Source: Intoshia linei (Eukaryota > Animalia > Orthonectida). Taken from it: DNA of 64,000 nt. Position 1 is the stretch's first letter, and every line of letters begins with the position of its first letter. The position numbers and the translations under genes are program-made. Below the pieces are notes generated by a model. The model did no database searches and was not told where the DNA came from. It saw only the letters and a program-made list of their open reading frames with translations. Positions 32,401 through 45,200 of this stretch are shown here, in pieces. Location of the stretch: positions 1-64,000 of the forward strand of contig LWCA01000019.1 of assembly GCA_001642005.1 (NCBI GenBank), read 5' to 3'.

Positions 32401-33321
32401 AGAAAAACAGTTAGAAAAGAATGTATTGAAATACCAAAAAGAGAAAGCGGTAATTTATACTCAACTTACTTATCCATACCACTTTGTGTAAAACTATGGA
32501 CACATTATGAAATAAATCTTAGGAAAGAGAAGGCGAATTTGAAGCTGAACAAGAAAGAAAAAAAATTGAAAAAGAAAAAGAAGTATCTAGATTAAGAGCT
32601 CTACAAGAAAGAATGAAAGATGAACACGCTGAAAGAGATTTATTGAGAGCTAAACGTGCACAGGAATTGGGTATTGCTAAATTGATATAAATATAAACTA
32701 ACTCACCCGATTTAATAACATCAATCTTTAAACTTTAACGTACATTTACATTTATTTTAAATATAGCTGAAAGAAAATGGAGAGAAGCTGAAATAATAGC
32801 TGAGAAAAAAATGAAGGAAACTGAAAAAATATTACACATATCTCGAGAAAAACAATTGACGGCAAAACGACACATTCAAGCAGTGGAAGCTCAAAGAGAG
32901 CGTGCTGATTTTGAAAGAATTATTCAGTAATAATAATAATTTCAATAATACATTAATTTATATACTTTTCCGTAGAGTACAACAATCTATTATTCAAAAA
33001 GAAAAATTAGTTAAAGAAGAGCGCAGAAAGAGGGCTGTAAAATATAGTCAAAGTTTACGTGACCAAATACGAGATAAGCATAATGAAGTTTTAAAAGAAC
33101 GCAACAACTTTTTCAAAGAGGGTGATATCATTTCTAAAAATATTGATAGTAAAAATAAAAAACTTCAAGCTGTAAAATTGAAAAAATTGCAAGATCTCAG
33201 GTATAAATTTAGACTAACATTTAAATCATAAAATCAATTTAGAAAAGCTAATATTGATGAAAAATATTTGACTGAAATTGTTCGCAAGATAAATAAAGTC
33301 AAAAATGGAAAAACAAAGTGA
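29422..33321 (+). CDS. CFAP45: Cilia- and flagella-associated protein 45 (CCDC19), multi-exon
   Basis: VDEDLFGD, EPDTIQLISKDLIR, IINVKCNYIRDKQIKEKQ, EREGEFEAEQERKKIEKEKEVSRLRALQE, RDLLRAKRAQE and KLKKLQDLR follow the CFAP45 motif order; stop TGA at 33319-33321. The start is inferred as ATG 29422 plus a 39-nt intron. Confidence 0.9.
30274..30494. mobile_element. piggyBac-type MITE, longer variant with duplicated subterminal motifs
   Basis: TTAA-CCCTTTCACTGTCTG ... CAGACAATGCTAGGG-TTAA; TCTGTGTATTCTAT occurs twice. Confidence 0.8.
30640..31194 (-). mobile_element. Helitron family copy in a CFAP45 intron
   Basis: Ends TATAAGTAAGGA|T (reverse complement of the 5' TCCTTACTTATA); internal units match 41594. 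Confidence 0.8.
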
Positions 33322-33680
33322 ATTGTATAATTAAATATTTTAAAATTTTTGGGTTGGAATTTTTTGAGACCTTTTGGGTCAATTAATAAGATAAATCATC
33401 TATAAATGCAACATGATCTCTAAAATGCTCTTTGTGTTTAAAATGTTTAATATGTATTATAAATTTTGGTAAACTATAAAACTATTTCAAAAGATTTACT
33501 GGGAAGTAGCGCATATGACGAAATGAGAACAATGCGGAAATTCAATGCCTCCACGCCAAGCTAAGACTAATAATTGTTTGTTTTTAATTTTTTCTACTTC
33601 ATTATACAGTAGACGCTTGAAAAGTGATTATTTTTTAGATTCTATCTTACATTTATTTAATATGTATACATGTATGTATA

Positions 33681-33770
33681 CTAGATTGACTGTTATGTAC
33701 TACTTACAAACAGCACCTAGCTCTGCTGAGGGTACATTTTTATTATACCATAGTTAAAGAGACTATTAAC
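33681..33770 (-). mobile_element. Isolated Helitron 3' end
   Basis: A|CTAG-ATTGACTGTTATGTACTACTTACAAACAG. Confidence 0.7.
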
Positions 33771-33916
33771 TATAATGCCGTTGAGCATTAAATCGGAACT
33801 TACATTTTCCAAATTATTAAAATTTCCAAGTTCAAAAAGGATGAAATTAAAAATGAACGAGATCGACCAAGTAAATTAATTGAAACTAAATTAATATCAA
33901 AGAGTAAACAATTTAA

Positions 33917-35364
33917 TTATAAATCACATACATCTGAAATATTGCATATTCCATACTTTACAGCAAAGTGATTCTTAATTGTTATGAATCGATCATCATT
34001 CAAATTTGGCCATTTTATACTTTTTTGATTTATTAACAACTTCAAGCGATATGTATCCTTATAATACAAAAAAATTATCACATTTGAATTAAAAGGCAAA
34101 AATTCAGAAATATTAAATTTTCTATCATTTTTCAAAATATTCCAATTTTCAGCAGTAATCTCATTATCCCCGTCAAAATACCCTAAAAATGTTAAAAAAG
34201 GTATCAATGTACTCTCGTTTGTTGAACGCACTGTCAGCAATGAATGACTAAATTTCAATAAACATAGTTAAGTGAATTTAAATATAAATAATTACGATCT
34301 TCCTTGTTTATGCATTTTAATAACTTGTTCCATTCTTTTAAAATAGTCACTTAAAAGAAGACAACAACTTTCATAATTTATTTTATAGGCATTACCAAAC
34401 AGCCAAAACCGCTATATTTCAAATTTAAAAAATACATGCATAATAAAACGAAAAGACTTCTATTTCAAAGTAATATGACAATTTGTTTAAATCTTCTTTA
34501 AATAAAAATTTAGATAACATTAAAGAACCATATTCTGCAATTTCTGTTCCTGCTACTCCAAATATGGCCATAATTTCTTATACAATAACATTTATAATAT
34601 ATCCAACTACTAATTAGTAATTACTAATAACCATTAAAAATTTGAAAATAACTGGGTAGACCCACAGATTGAATAATTTTTTTTTAATAAAATCAAAATG
34701 ACTTCTAGCAAATAATTTTTCTTCAATTGACGCGCATTTCTTGTTCAGTACAAATTTTTGATATTTAAAACAATTCTTGGTAGATCGCAATATATCGTCT
34801 CGATCAGTAAACGTGTAATTGTGTTGGCCGATAAATGCACTATAATATTCTTCACCTGTGTCAATGCACCTTTGCTTAGATGTTGTCATAAATTCGATTT
34901 GACCTATAGGTAAAATAGTTTGCATTTATTTATAAAGTTTACCTGTTATATTTTGATAATTTGGAAATTGCTTTAAATGGTCAATTTTATTAAATATCGA
35001 TGGAAATTATTTTTTTATTGATTTCGCAATTTTTATACTCAATTTTCTACGACAGTTTGTCAATTGTTCGGGTTTAGAGAATAATTCCAAAAGTTTATGG
35101 TCATTTATTGCCACGTACTGTTTTAATTTTTCCAACAAATGATGTGTAGTATTTATTGTACGCGCAGTTGGTTCTCGAATACCATGCCTTTAAAGAATGT
35201 CAATGTAGAGTACGTCCTTTTCATTAATATCTGGCTTAATTTCTTTTATTAATGAGTATCGAGATTTTGCACCGTATTTTCCGATTGGGAATACATTTTT
35301 TTCTAAATTTAATAAAAATAACAAAAGTAAACTAACAAAGCTAACAAAATCAAGGGTCTGTCAT
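33917..35364 (-). pseudogene. MINPP1: MINPP1-like histidine acid phosphatase, unprocessed pseudogene (4 introns retained)
   Basis: Signal-peptide-like FVSFVSLLLLFLL, YGAKSRY, RHGIREP (RHGxRxP), TTSKQRCIDT, FWLFGNAYKINYESCCLL, TLIPFLTFLGYF, FLPFNSNVIIFLY and LKLLINQK follow the MINPP1 motif order. In-frame TAA at 35190-35192 and three apparent frameshifts. Confidence 0.8.
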
Positions 35365-37104
35365 TTTTTATTATCGGACTAAACAAATGTAATACAATAA
35401 ATAAATAAATGTACGGTTTTTTCAATTTTTAGCTCTTTTTGTCTAAAACAGGAATGTTAGACACAATCTTCTTGGCGTGCCAAATGTAAAAAAAATATTA
35501 TTACGCAGGCCGAACAAAAAATATATTTTTACTTAAACCATTAATATCCAAGCCTCTTTATAATTGACCTAATCCAATGATTTTTAAAATTTGTGACTGA
35601 AATGCCAATATAAACTATGCTAAATTTTATGTGTTAAAAAATTATAAGTGGTAAACAGAGAATAACTACATGTGTACTACACATTGTGTCATTGGGCATT
35701 GAACGGCAAATAAGTTGTAAAAAAATACTTATAAAGTTAAGATTCCGTTAATTATTGATACATAATTGGTATTTTTAAGTATTATAAATGGGTTAATTAA
35801 ATTAAATTGGTACTGAATATACAGTCAGCTTCAAAATTATGTCAACATAAATTAATTTTAAATTCATTTAAATGAACATAATTTTTATATACATTGCTAA
35901 TTATTTCATACTGTATCACTAGTCAATAAAAATGGACTTTCAAAAATCTTTCTATTTCATATCATTATACATATATGTAGTTTTTTCTTGCCATCATTAT
36001 GTATATTATTTTTTTATTAGTATACATCAGGTACCCGAGATACGGGGTAGCAAAAATAAGGTAATATAATGAATAAATGGATATATTAACTTTGTTTTTT
36101 TAGTGTTTATCTAGCTTGTAGAGCTATATAAAAACCAAATGTTTTGTCAAACCTTTATCCATTCTCGTCCGAGAAAGCACCGCAATTTCGTACAAATAAA
36201 TTAGCATATGAATCATCATCAAATCATATTTATATAAACACTTTGATTCATCTTTACTCATTTTATAATCAGTGTCTTGAATTCAATGAATATTATTCAT
36301 ATATAAAAATATTTCCATTCATTTTCACCTTTTTAAGTGAAATTTTAGATGAAAACGTACCAGGATAATTGCCCAGTTTAAATTTTTTTATTCAATAACT
36401 TCGCTTGACAAAAATAGCATTCTTCTGGGTGATACTTTGGTGTAGTCCAAATGCGTGGTATTTCAAACATAAATTTTTCTTTTCTCAATGTCGCACAGCC
36501 ACATAAATTTAGGCGTCCAAATGTGATCCGTTACATCAATTGAAAAATCACATTTGTAGAAGAATTTGAAATTTTCATTTATTGCATATGATTTTTTGAT
36601 TTAATTAAATAAATGCCACAAACCATGCAGTAGTTTGACAGATATTTTAAACATTCCATTTAACAATAATGATGAAAAATGAAATATAAAAATAAAGATT
36701 AATTTTTTTTAGATAAAAATTATATAAAATTGTTTAATATTAATTTTAGACTAGTTATCTCATGCTAATTTTAATGAAATTTATTTTAAAGTGTAGATAA
36801 AAGGCGATTTTAGCGAAAATGTCTTATTTTATAATTACGTATTATGTATATCGAATAATGTTGAAATAATTGTATTTTGAATTTTAAAATTAATTACTAT
36901 GACAAATATTATTATTTTTTAAAATAAAAAAGAATCAACTTAAAATTTTATCTTAATTTGACGTAAGCCACAAACATGTTTGATATCATTAGAATCGCAA
37001 AGAAAAACTACACCAGACTAAATACATATTAAAAAGAAAGATGTTTCAGTGTTGGCTATAAATATATTTGTGAATATTGCCTATATGAAAAATGATAAAT
37101 GTAT

Positions 37105-37129
37105 AATGACTCATTATTAATGAGTCATT
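37105..37129. repeat. Perfect 11-bp inverted repeat containing two TGACTCA sites
   Basis: AATGACTCATT-ATT-AATGAGTCATT. Confidence 0.8.
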
Positions 37130-37709
37130 CGATTCGATCGTATTTTTAATATGCATTTGAAATTGTCAAACATAAAAAATAATGAAATAAAGCGTCATAA
37201 GACTTCAATTAAACAATATATGTCAACAAAAAAGAATATACAAAAATACTAAATACTATTTAATTTATATTTTGTTTTAATAATAGAATAAATGTATTTC
37301 GTATGATGACTAGGGCGGTTTTTTTTTAAACCTATAAAATAAAAAAACTAATTTATAAAAAATAAATTCAAAATTTGCATCTGCAGAAATTTGATTTACA
37401 TTGAATATGGGCTAATCATTTTTTCATGTTAATATTATTAATAAAATTAATTACTCTAGTTAGACATCTCACTGAACATAGTATAACGCAAAAATTAAAT
37501 AATATTATTGAATGTCCTTTCTCAAGTATACATTATATAGTGTATTTATTTTTTGTTAATTTGTTTACATATTAAAACATAAATAAACATTTCAGTGTAT
37601 ATGCAATGTTGATATATTCACACAGTTGACACCTTTTATTGTGAATTAGTAGACGAAAAAAGCAATTCTAATACCAGTGCTATGAAAAATAATAAACGGT
37701 ATTGCCGGT

Positions 37710-38866
37710 TTTATTATCAATCCTTTAAAGTAGTGGTTCCAAACTTTGGTTCATTATGTCGCATTACCTTTTAATCAATTACGTTAGGAGGAATTAATTT
37801 ATAAGATTTTCACCCATATCTCTTTATTGAAAATTTGTTGCCTGTTTAAATTGCACATTTTTTTGAAATTAAATAAATATTTACATTTTCATTTAATTTA
37901 ATTTAAAACATTACTTTACAATTTAAAGTTTACATTGTTAACATTTGAAAAATATTGGTTGATAACATATATATAATAACATATAATAACATAATAATGA
38001 TAATGATAACATATAATATCTTAAAAATTATTTTTTACCGGGAATACGTAGATTTCTGAGGTTGAAATTTTGTATTTGTATCAACTGGAATAAACTGTAT
38101 CAAAATAATTTTTTTTTTTAAATTTAGGACCAAGTATTTAAAATTTTTTGATTTACAGATCATATATTAATTATATGACATATAATGTAATAATGTTAAT
38201 AACATAGTTTCATAATAAAAAAAATGAATACTAAAGTGCTTTTTTTACCGTGAAGGCGTCACTTATTCAGATTGAAATTATTTGTGTGTTTTAACAGGAT
38301 ACAACTATTAACTATAATTTTTTTTAAATTCTAGGACAATTTTCACATCTTAAAAAAAGGAAAGTTGTGGTTTTAGTCATGAACTTGCAGTTTTGAGGTT
38401 GCCATTTATTATAATGTTAATGAATTTAAAAAATACCCCAGAATTTGTTTTATAAAATTTTAGGACATGTTTCATTTTTAAAACAATGTGTAATTTGTGG
38501 TTTTGACCATGTAGGTATACGTTTCTGAGGCTGAGATTTACGACAATGTTAATGATTTTAAAATGCGTCCCAGATTGTATGTTTTATTAAATTATTGGGC
38601 TGAATATTATATAATTTATGAATGTTTTTTAAACAAAATTGGAAATTGAGTTTTCGACCCTGAAGGACTCAAAATCAGAAACTGAAATATACATGTACAT
38701 ATAGTAAAAATATAAGAAAAGTATAAACACGCGCTCGGAAAAACTGTATTAAAATTGGGTTTTTTAAATTATATGGCTGTCAATAATGCTTTAAATGTTT
38801 TCAATAAATGGTAACACACACAGACACACATACCATTCAACACATTCAATTTTATGTAAGTAAGGA
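37710..38866 (-). mobile_element. Long-variant Helitron family copy
   Basis: 5' end TGTAAGTAAGGA|T at 38855-38867; about four internal units; closely parallels 45608-46235 in the opposite orientation. Confidence 0.75.
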
Positions 38867-39293
38867 TAACATTTAAATGTAAAATATAGTATACTATGAA
38901 CATAATCTGACGATCATAATCGTATATACATAATGTATCTTAGTTATGATTATAATCTTATTTTACTAGTATATGAAATTCTCTGGATCTGTGTGTCTGT
39001 CAGTTTGTTACACTCTACTGTAAAATCTAGGAATCTAACAATTTTATAAATCCATACATAGGTTTAATCTTTAACTGCGGCGGTAATAGGCTACATTAAA
39101 ATTTCTTGAAATGACACCTTCATGATCAAAAAAGCGTTTAACCACTTTAAATATAATAGAACTTTGTTACAAGAACGTCCGTATAAATACAATAAACAAA
39201 ATTGTTAAAAAGATTAGTTTGTGATAAACAATATAATAATAACTGTGAGAGGTGGGTAATAATAAAGAATAATGGTAAAATTTTATTTTAAAA

Positions 39294-42200
39294 TTAGAAA
39301 TGAGCATCCAAATTTTGAGCCACTTTTTTACATAGATTACGATGTGATGCGAACAATTCAAATTTTGAATTTATTATTTCCCATTTAACATTATTATATT
39401 CTTGGCTGGGCTAAATCGTGGTTTAAATAATAATTATGCATTTATAAATATATAACTACATATTCTCTCTAGTGTTGCAAATGTTAAAACTTAGAATACG
39501 TCTGTTATGGTAGATAATCAGGTTCAATAAAAAACAAGGCACCACAGAAACCACGGATAATATTAGTAGCGTTGTTAAGAAAATGTTTCATTACTTGCTC
39601 TTCTGTTACTAAAATCAAATTTCCAAACAATTTATAGCGACATAGAGTAGCATTTTCCAACAGAAGATAAATATTTTAAAATATGCAAAACATCATAGTT
39701 GCTTCAAACAAATTCGAAATAAGGATTTTACCATAGTTTAAAAACACCATATTAAAATTAAATTTAGTTACATATTTTACAAGTCAGACGCTTAAAAGGT
39801 TGGGAAACGCTGATTCACAGGATTCTCAAACTAAAACTAGCCAATTGTAGAGACTATGCAATATTTACTTTTTTATAATATAAGTTATAATGTTTATACC
39901 TTCAATATTACTTGAAATTCGTCTAATACATTATCTTCATCGTGGTAGTGATAAGCGGCAGTTTCTATCCATGCATCTAAATATATTAATCGTATATGTA
40001 CGAGATATGACAGCCGCTATATTAGTTATATTAAGTTACATTAAGTGCCGCTCTATAAAATTTATCAATGAATTATCATTATATTTTTTAAAAAATTATT
40101 TTTCTAATTTTATGGGAAAAATTAAAAACTAGGATATTTTATAAAATTTCAATCAAAATTGACCCAAATGTATGGCTTGCTGGAGTCTCAGAGCATGTAT
40201 AAATGTTAAATTATTCTGGTTGTTACACATGTAAAAATATATATTACTATCAGTATTTCTCGGATCATCACTATAACCTCGATAAATCTATAAAATTTTT
40301 TATAGTTATCGGTATAAAAACTTACTTCTTTATTATTTTTAAATAGAGAATTAATTTTTTCATTAAACTTGTCGTCACTGATATATTGAGAATAAATTTC
40401 TCGGATAAATTTATTTTTATTCATTTCAATTATATTTTTGGTGTTTATAAAAAACTAAATATAAATATTATGTATATTGAAAATATGTCTTTTCAATGAT
40501 CAGTGTCATAATTCCCGTATTGTGTAGTTTTTATTAACTACATTATTAGTCGCTTATAATATCAAGTTAAAAAATAAAAAGGACTGAGCCAGAGGTTGGG
40601 AGTGTTTAGTGTTGCAAGACTTCTTCCTTCAAAATAAAATGTAATTAATTGTAGATTGTAGAATATAACATAAAGTTTTCATTTTAAATTATTAAAATTA
40701 TCGGTTTGAGTAGAGCAGAACCTACCTTACACTGAATCCCTCCTGAGGGCCTCGAAAAAAATTTTTAAAATATTAAAAAATGGGAAACTAATTTTACAAT
40801 TTTAGCATTTAAAAAACATTTTGCAATATCAATATATTTGAATCTTATATTAATTAATATTATTATTAATAAAGATTTATAATTATATATATTATATTAA
40901 TCAATAATTATAATTATATTCGTGGAATAATGAATAGACACAATCTATACAAGTGGTTTCAAAATGGGGGGCTTTTAGGGTCTGAGGGGCCGCAGATTTA
41001 AGAAAAATTTTAAAATTAAATTAGAATTGTTAATATTTATTTAATATTTAATTAATATATTCTTGCATTCGGATTAATTTGGTATTCTAACAAATTTAAA
41101 TGTTATTAACCCTTACGAGACAATAAAATGTATATAAAAGAACAATTATAAATTTACAATTGTTTGTATACTAAGGTGTCAACTATATTAAAGAAGGATT
41201 TATAATGAAAATAAAATTAGTAATATTAAAAGATAACATTTTTTAATGGCTGTTATAATAATATAATAAAGATATTTACTATTTTGTACTAATGGATCTT
41301 TTCTAAAAATATTGGTATACGTTAGGGGGGTCGACAATATATTTTTTTGGTAACCACTGATCTATACTACATGTAGTATATTCTTTAAAATAATTGTATT
41401 GAGAAACTTCATTGATTTAGTCAAGTGACAGAAATATTATACTGAAATATCTTTTATAATAGTAAGAAATTTTCAGAAATGCAAATTTTTTAACTAAAAA
41501 CACGTATATGATAGACGGTATATCACGTTAATCGTGTAATTAATGATTAAATCGCGTAATAATGCAATATACTCAAAAAAATGTTCAGCTTTATCCTTAC
41601 TTATATAATATGCTATACAATATTTGTTTGTGTGTGTTACTGTTTATTTCAATAACTACCTTAGAATTTTAGAATTTTATAAAGTCCACATTTCCATTAC
41701 AGTTTTTTTCCGGACGTGTTAGCAAAATAAATTTCAACCTCCCAAACGCACATCTTACTGGTCAAAAAGCTAAATTGTTTTTTTTTGAAAATCAAACGAG
41801 TTCAAAAATTTAAAAAAATATATACTCTGATACGGATTTTAAAATCATAAATATTATCATAAATTTAAATTTAAAAAAAATATATATTCGGGGCCAAAAC
41901 CCAAAATTACCCTTTTTTTAAATGAAAACAGGCCTATAATTTAAAAAATTTACAGATGGTACAGTTGTATCCTATTAACACACACAAAAAATTTCAATCT
42001 GAATAAGTGACGCCTTCACGGTCAAAAAAGCATTACAAAAGCACTAGGTGCTGTTTGTACGTAGTACATAACAGTCAACCTAGTTTAATTTATAATATTA
42101 TCATGATATATTATATTATGATTATATTGAAAAACAACAAAATTATTTAAAATTGCTCGAATGCAGTAATAAATGGTGGATAATACAGTGTTTTCTATTG

Positions 42201-45200
42201 ATTGTTTATTTTTTTGATTATATTATAAACATAATATTAAAATTCATTATTTAAATTTTAAAAATATATTCATATTTACTAAACATTTTTTAGATTTGTT
42301 AACTAAGTTTATAAAATTTCTAAGTCTAAAATTTACTTCAGGGATAGCTAATTCACCATTATCTCGTCTTTCCACAATCATAAATTCCAATAATTGTTTA
42401 TCTTTAATTTTTTCTATTTCATTATCTTTATTTATCTTACATCTAAAAAAATTAAGATTAAAACATCAATTTGTTGATATCCATTAGAGAAATTCAGAAA
42501 TTTGGTTAAAAATTATATATTTAGCATGTTAAATGAATTACTGACAGGTTCAACCATAGCCGAATTTACCGTACCCAAGACCCCTTTTCGGAGAACTTCA
42601 TTATTCGAAATTGAGAATTATAAAAATTTATATTCATAAGTATCATAACTATTATAATATTTATATTAATGCAACAATTTACCTCGTTATGATGCAGTTT
42701 GATACATGATTTGGACCCCATCGAAACAATATACCTCGTCCAGTCATACCTGTTCGACCTTTCGGGTTAATAGGGTAATTATTTTGAAAGAAATATTCTC
42801 CAATGAATGAATTTCGATCCACATTATGATTTGTATCCATTTTATTAAATAAAATATTTGTCATAATTTTTGCTTTTAAACTAAAATGTACAAAATGTAT
42901 GTACATAATTATGAATAATAACCCATATTATGGGGTAATTATAATAATAATATATTTATCATATATTTTTAGTACTTATATCTGAATACTTTGGAGTTTA
43001 AGGGTTAATATAATTACTTAATTTCTGGATCCACTTTAGGAGACTTTGAATATGTTAAAAACTGGTCTGTATAGTAGACTGGATCATAGTTTTGAAACTT
43101 TTTCTAAAAATATATTAAATATAAATTTAATTAAACATTACATTCCAATTTACATACTTATTTGGAACACAAGTACGGTAAATAACTTCATGTGAAATTG
43201 AGGGATAAATAGGAGTTCTTGATTTTGTATGTAAATTTAACTCTTCCATCAATTCATTTTTAAATTTTTCTAGTTGTTCAGTCATATTTTTGTCGTACAA
43301 TTCTTTTTCTATCATTCGTTTATGATCCACATCTTTCAAATCCGGTAAACTTTGTTTATTTCCAGCACCTTTTTCAATCATTGATTGAATTATCCAGTCT
43401 ACAGCTCGAGCGTTTCGTTTTAACTAAATAAAATAAAATGTAAAATTCAGAACCACAATTTTTGTAGATTAAGTAGTGCATGGATCGATTTTATTTTCCT
43501 CATTTTACCACTTAACACTTTTGTAAATACACACTAGGATTGGCAATTTAACGAATCAATTTTGACCGGTAGATTTTTTTTTAAATATCAAAGCTAATTT
43601 AATATCTACATATTTATTTAAACATATTTACATAATTTTTTGAAATAGTATATTTATTTATCAAAATATCAATTTAATATCATTTTTTAGTGAGATCAAA
43701 AATTTTTGTCAGTGTTAACTGCAAATAACTATTAACTATAATTATTTTTTAAATTATAGGACTATTTTAATTTTTTAAAAAAAGGTAATTTTGGGTTTTG
43801 GCTCTGAAGATATACCTTTTTGAAAATTAAATTTCTGATAAGGTTCATGATTTTAAAATTTGTATTAGAGTGTATAATTTTTTTAAATTCTAAGACTCGT
43901 TTGATTTTCAATAAATAGGATAATTGTGGTTTTGACCGGTAAGATGTAGTTTTCTGAGATTGAAATTTATCTTACTTTCTCGCCCTGAAAAAACTGACTC
44001 GGAATTTGTGTTTGTTAAAATTCTAGAATTCTATTCTACTCTATAACAGACAGACACCAAAAAAATCGTTTATATAAGTTAGAAATCATAACTTATGTCC
44101 TAAGTTTTAGGATATGTCCTTGAAACAAACAATAACTACATTTATATTATAGCTATTGTAATAAAATGGATTCAATAATAATTTAAGAATAAATATAATT
44201 AAATTAAATTAATAATATCTATATAATTAATTTACCGTTATAAACTTTAAAAAATATTTACCGATGAAAATAATTTTACAGTAATTTAATGATAAACTTT
44301 TATCGATTGCCAACCTAATACACACTCAATTCAAATATTCATTGAACACGTTTAATCTACATTATTTTAATAATAATACATACCTGCTCTTCCAAATAGT
44401 ATAAACGATTGTGTAATAATGGTGGTAATTTTAATCTAGGCGTCGGGTGACTTGTTATAATACCAGAATCGTTTATAATGTTTACTTTGGTGGAGATTTT
44501 TTGAATTCTACAATATGTTTAATTTTTTTACTTATTTTCATAAGAATTGTACAGTCTAAGTCCTTATTAACGGAATTTTGAATTATTTAATTTTTTATGA
44601 ACCAAAAATTACGTTACTATAATTTTATCTTAAAGCTCTAGATCAGAGGTGTCAATTATGCAGACCTCGGGTCATTTGCGACACGCGTTATAATATAAAT
44701 TTTTATTTTTTACACATGTTCCTTATTTTACAGTTTTTCATACATTTTTCATGATTTATTTATTCATTATTACAATTTTATCATTATTTTTACACTTATT
44801 CCATTTTTATTGTTTCATATTTTATTTTATGAATTAAAATTATTATAAATTAATTAAATCTGTTTTAACATAATTTTTTGAGTAAAAATTTTTTTTGGGC
44901 AGCCCGCGTAAAAATTTTGGTTCACATTTGGCCCACCAAGCAAATTGAGTTTGACACCCCTGCTCTAGATTCTAGAGTCTAGAATCTATTTTTAATAACT
45001 ATCATAAATATAAACTAATTCAATTTTAATTGTAATAGATATTAAATTAGATGGCGTTAATTAGAAATAATTACCATCATTGCGGAAATATCATGTTTAA
45101 ATTATTTACATAAATAAAATAAATTTAAAAATGATAAAATTTTTCATAGACCCCAAAAAACTTTTGTGAATCCCATGAGTCAACATGAACCCGTTGATAA

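Noticed and set aside
35190-35192. Stop-codon reassignment (TAA read as Gln) to rescue MINPP1
   Set aside because: TAA terminates Rab5 and TRPM2 normally, no other exon has in-frame stops, and frameshifts accompany this one.
42140-42310. Additional micro-exons in the TRPM2 Nudix region
   Set aside because: The direct phase-0 splice aligns to NUDT9 with about the right spacing, and the candidate micro-exons supply no Nudix motif.
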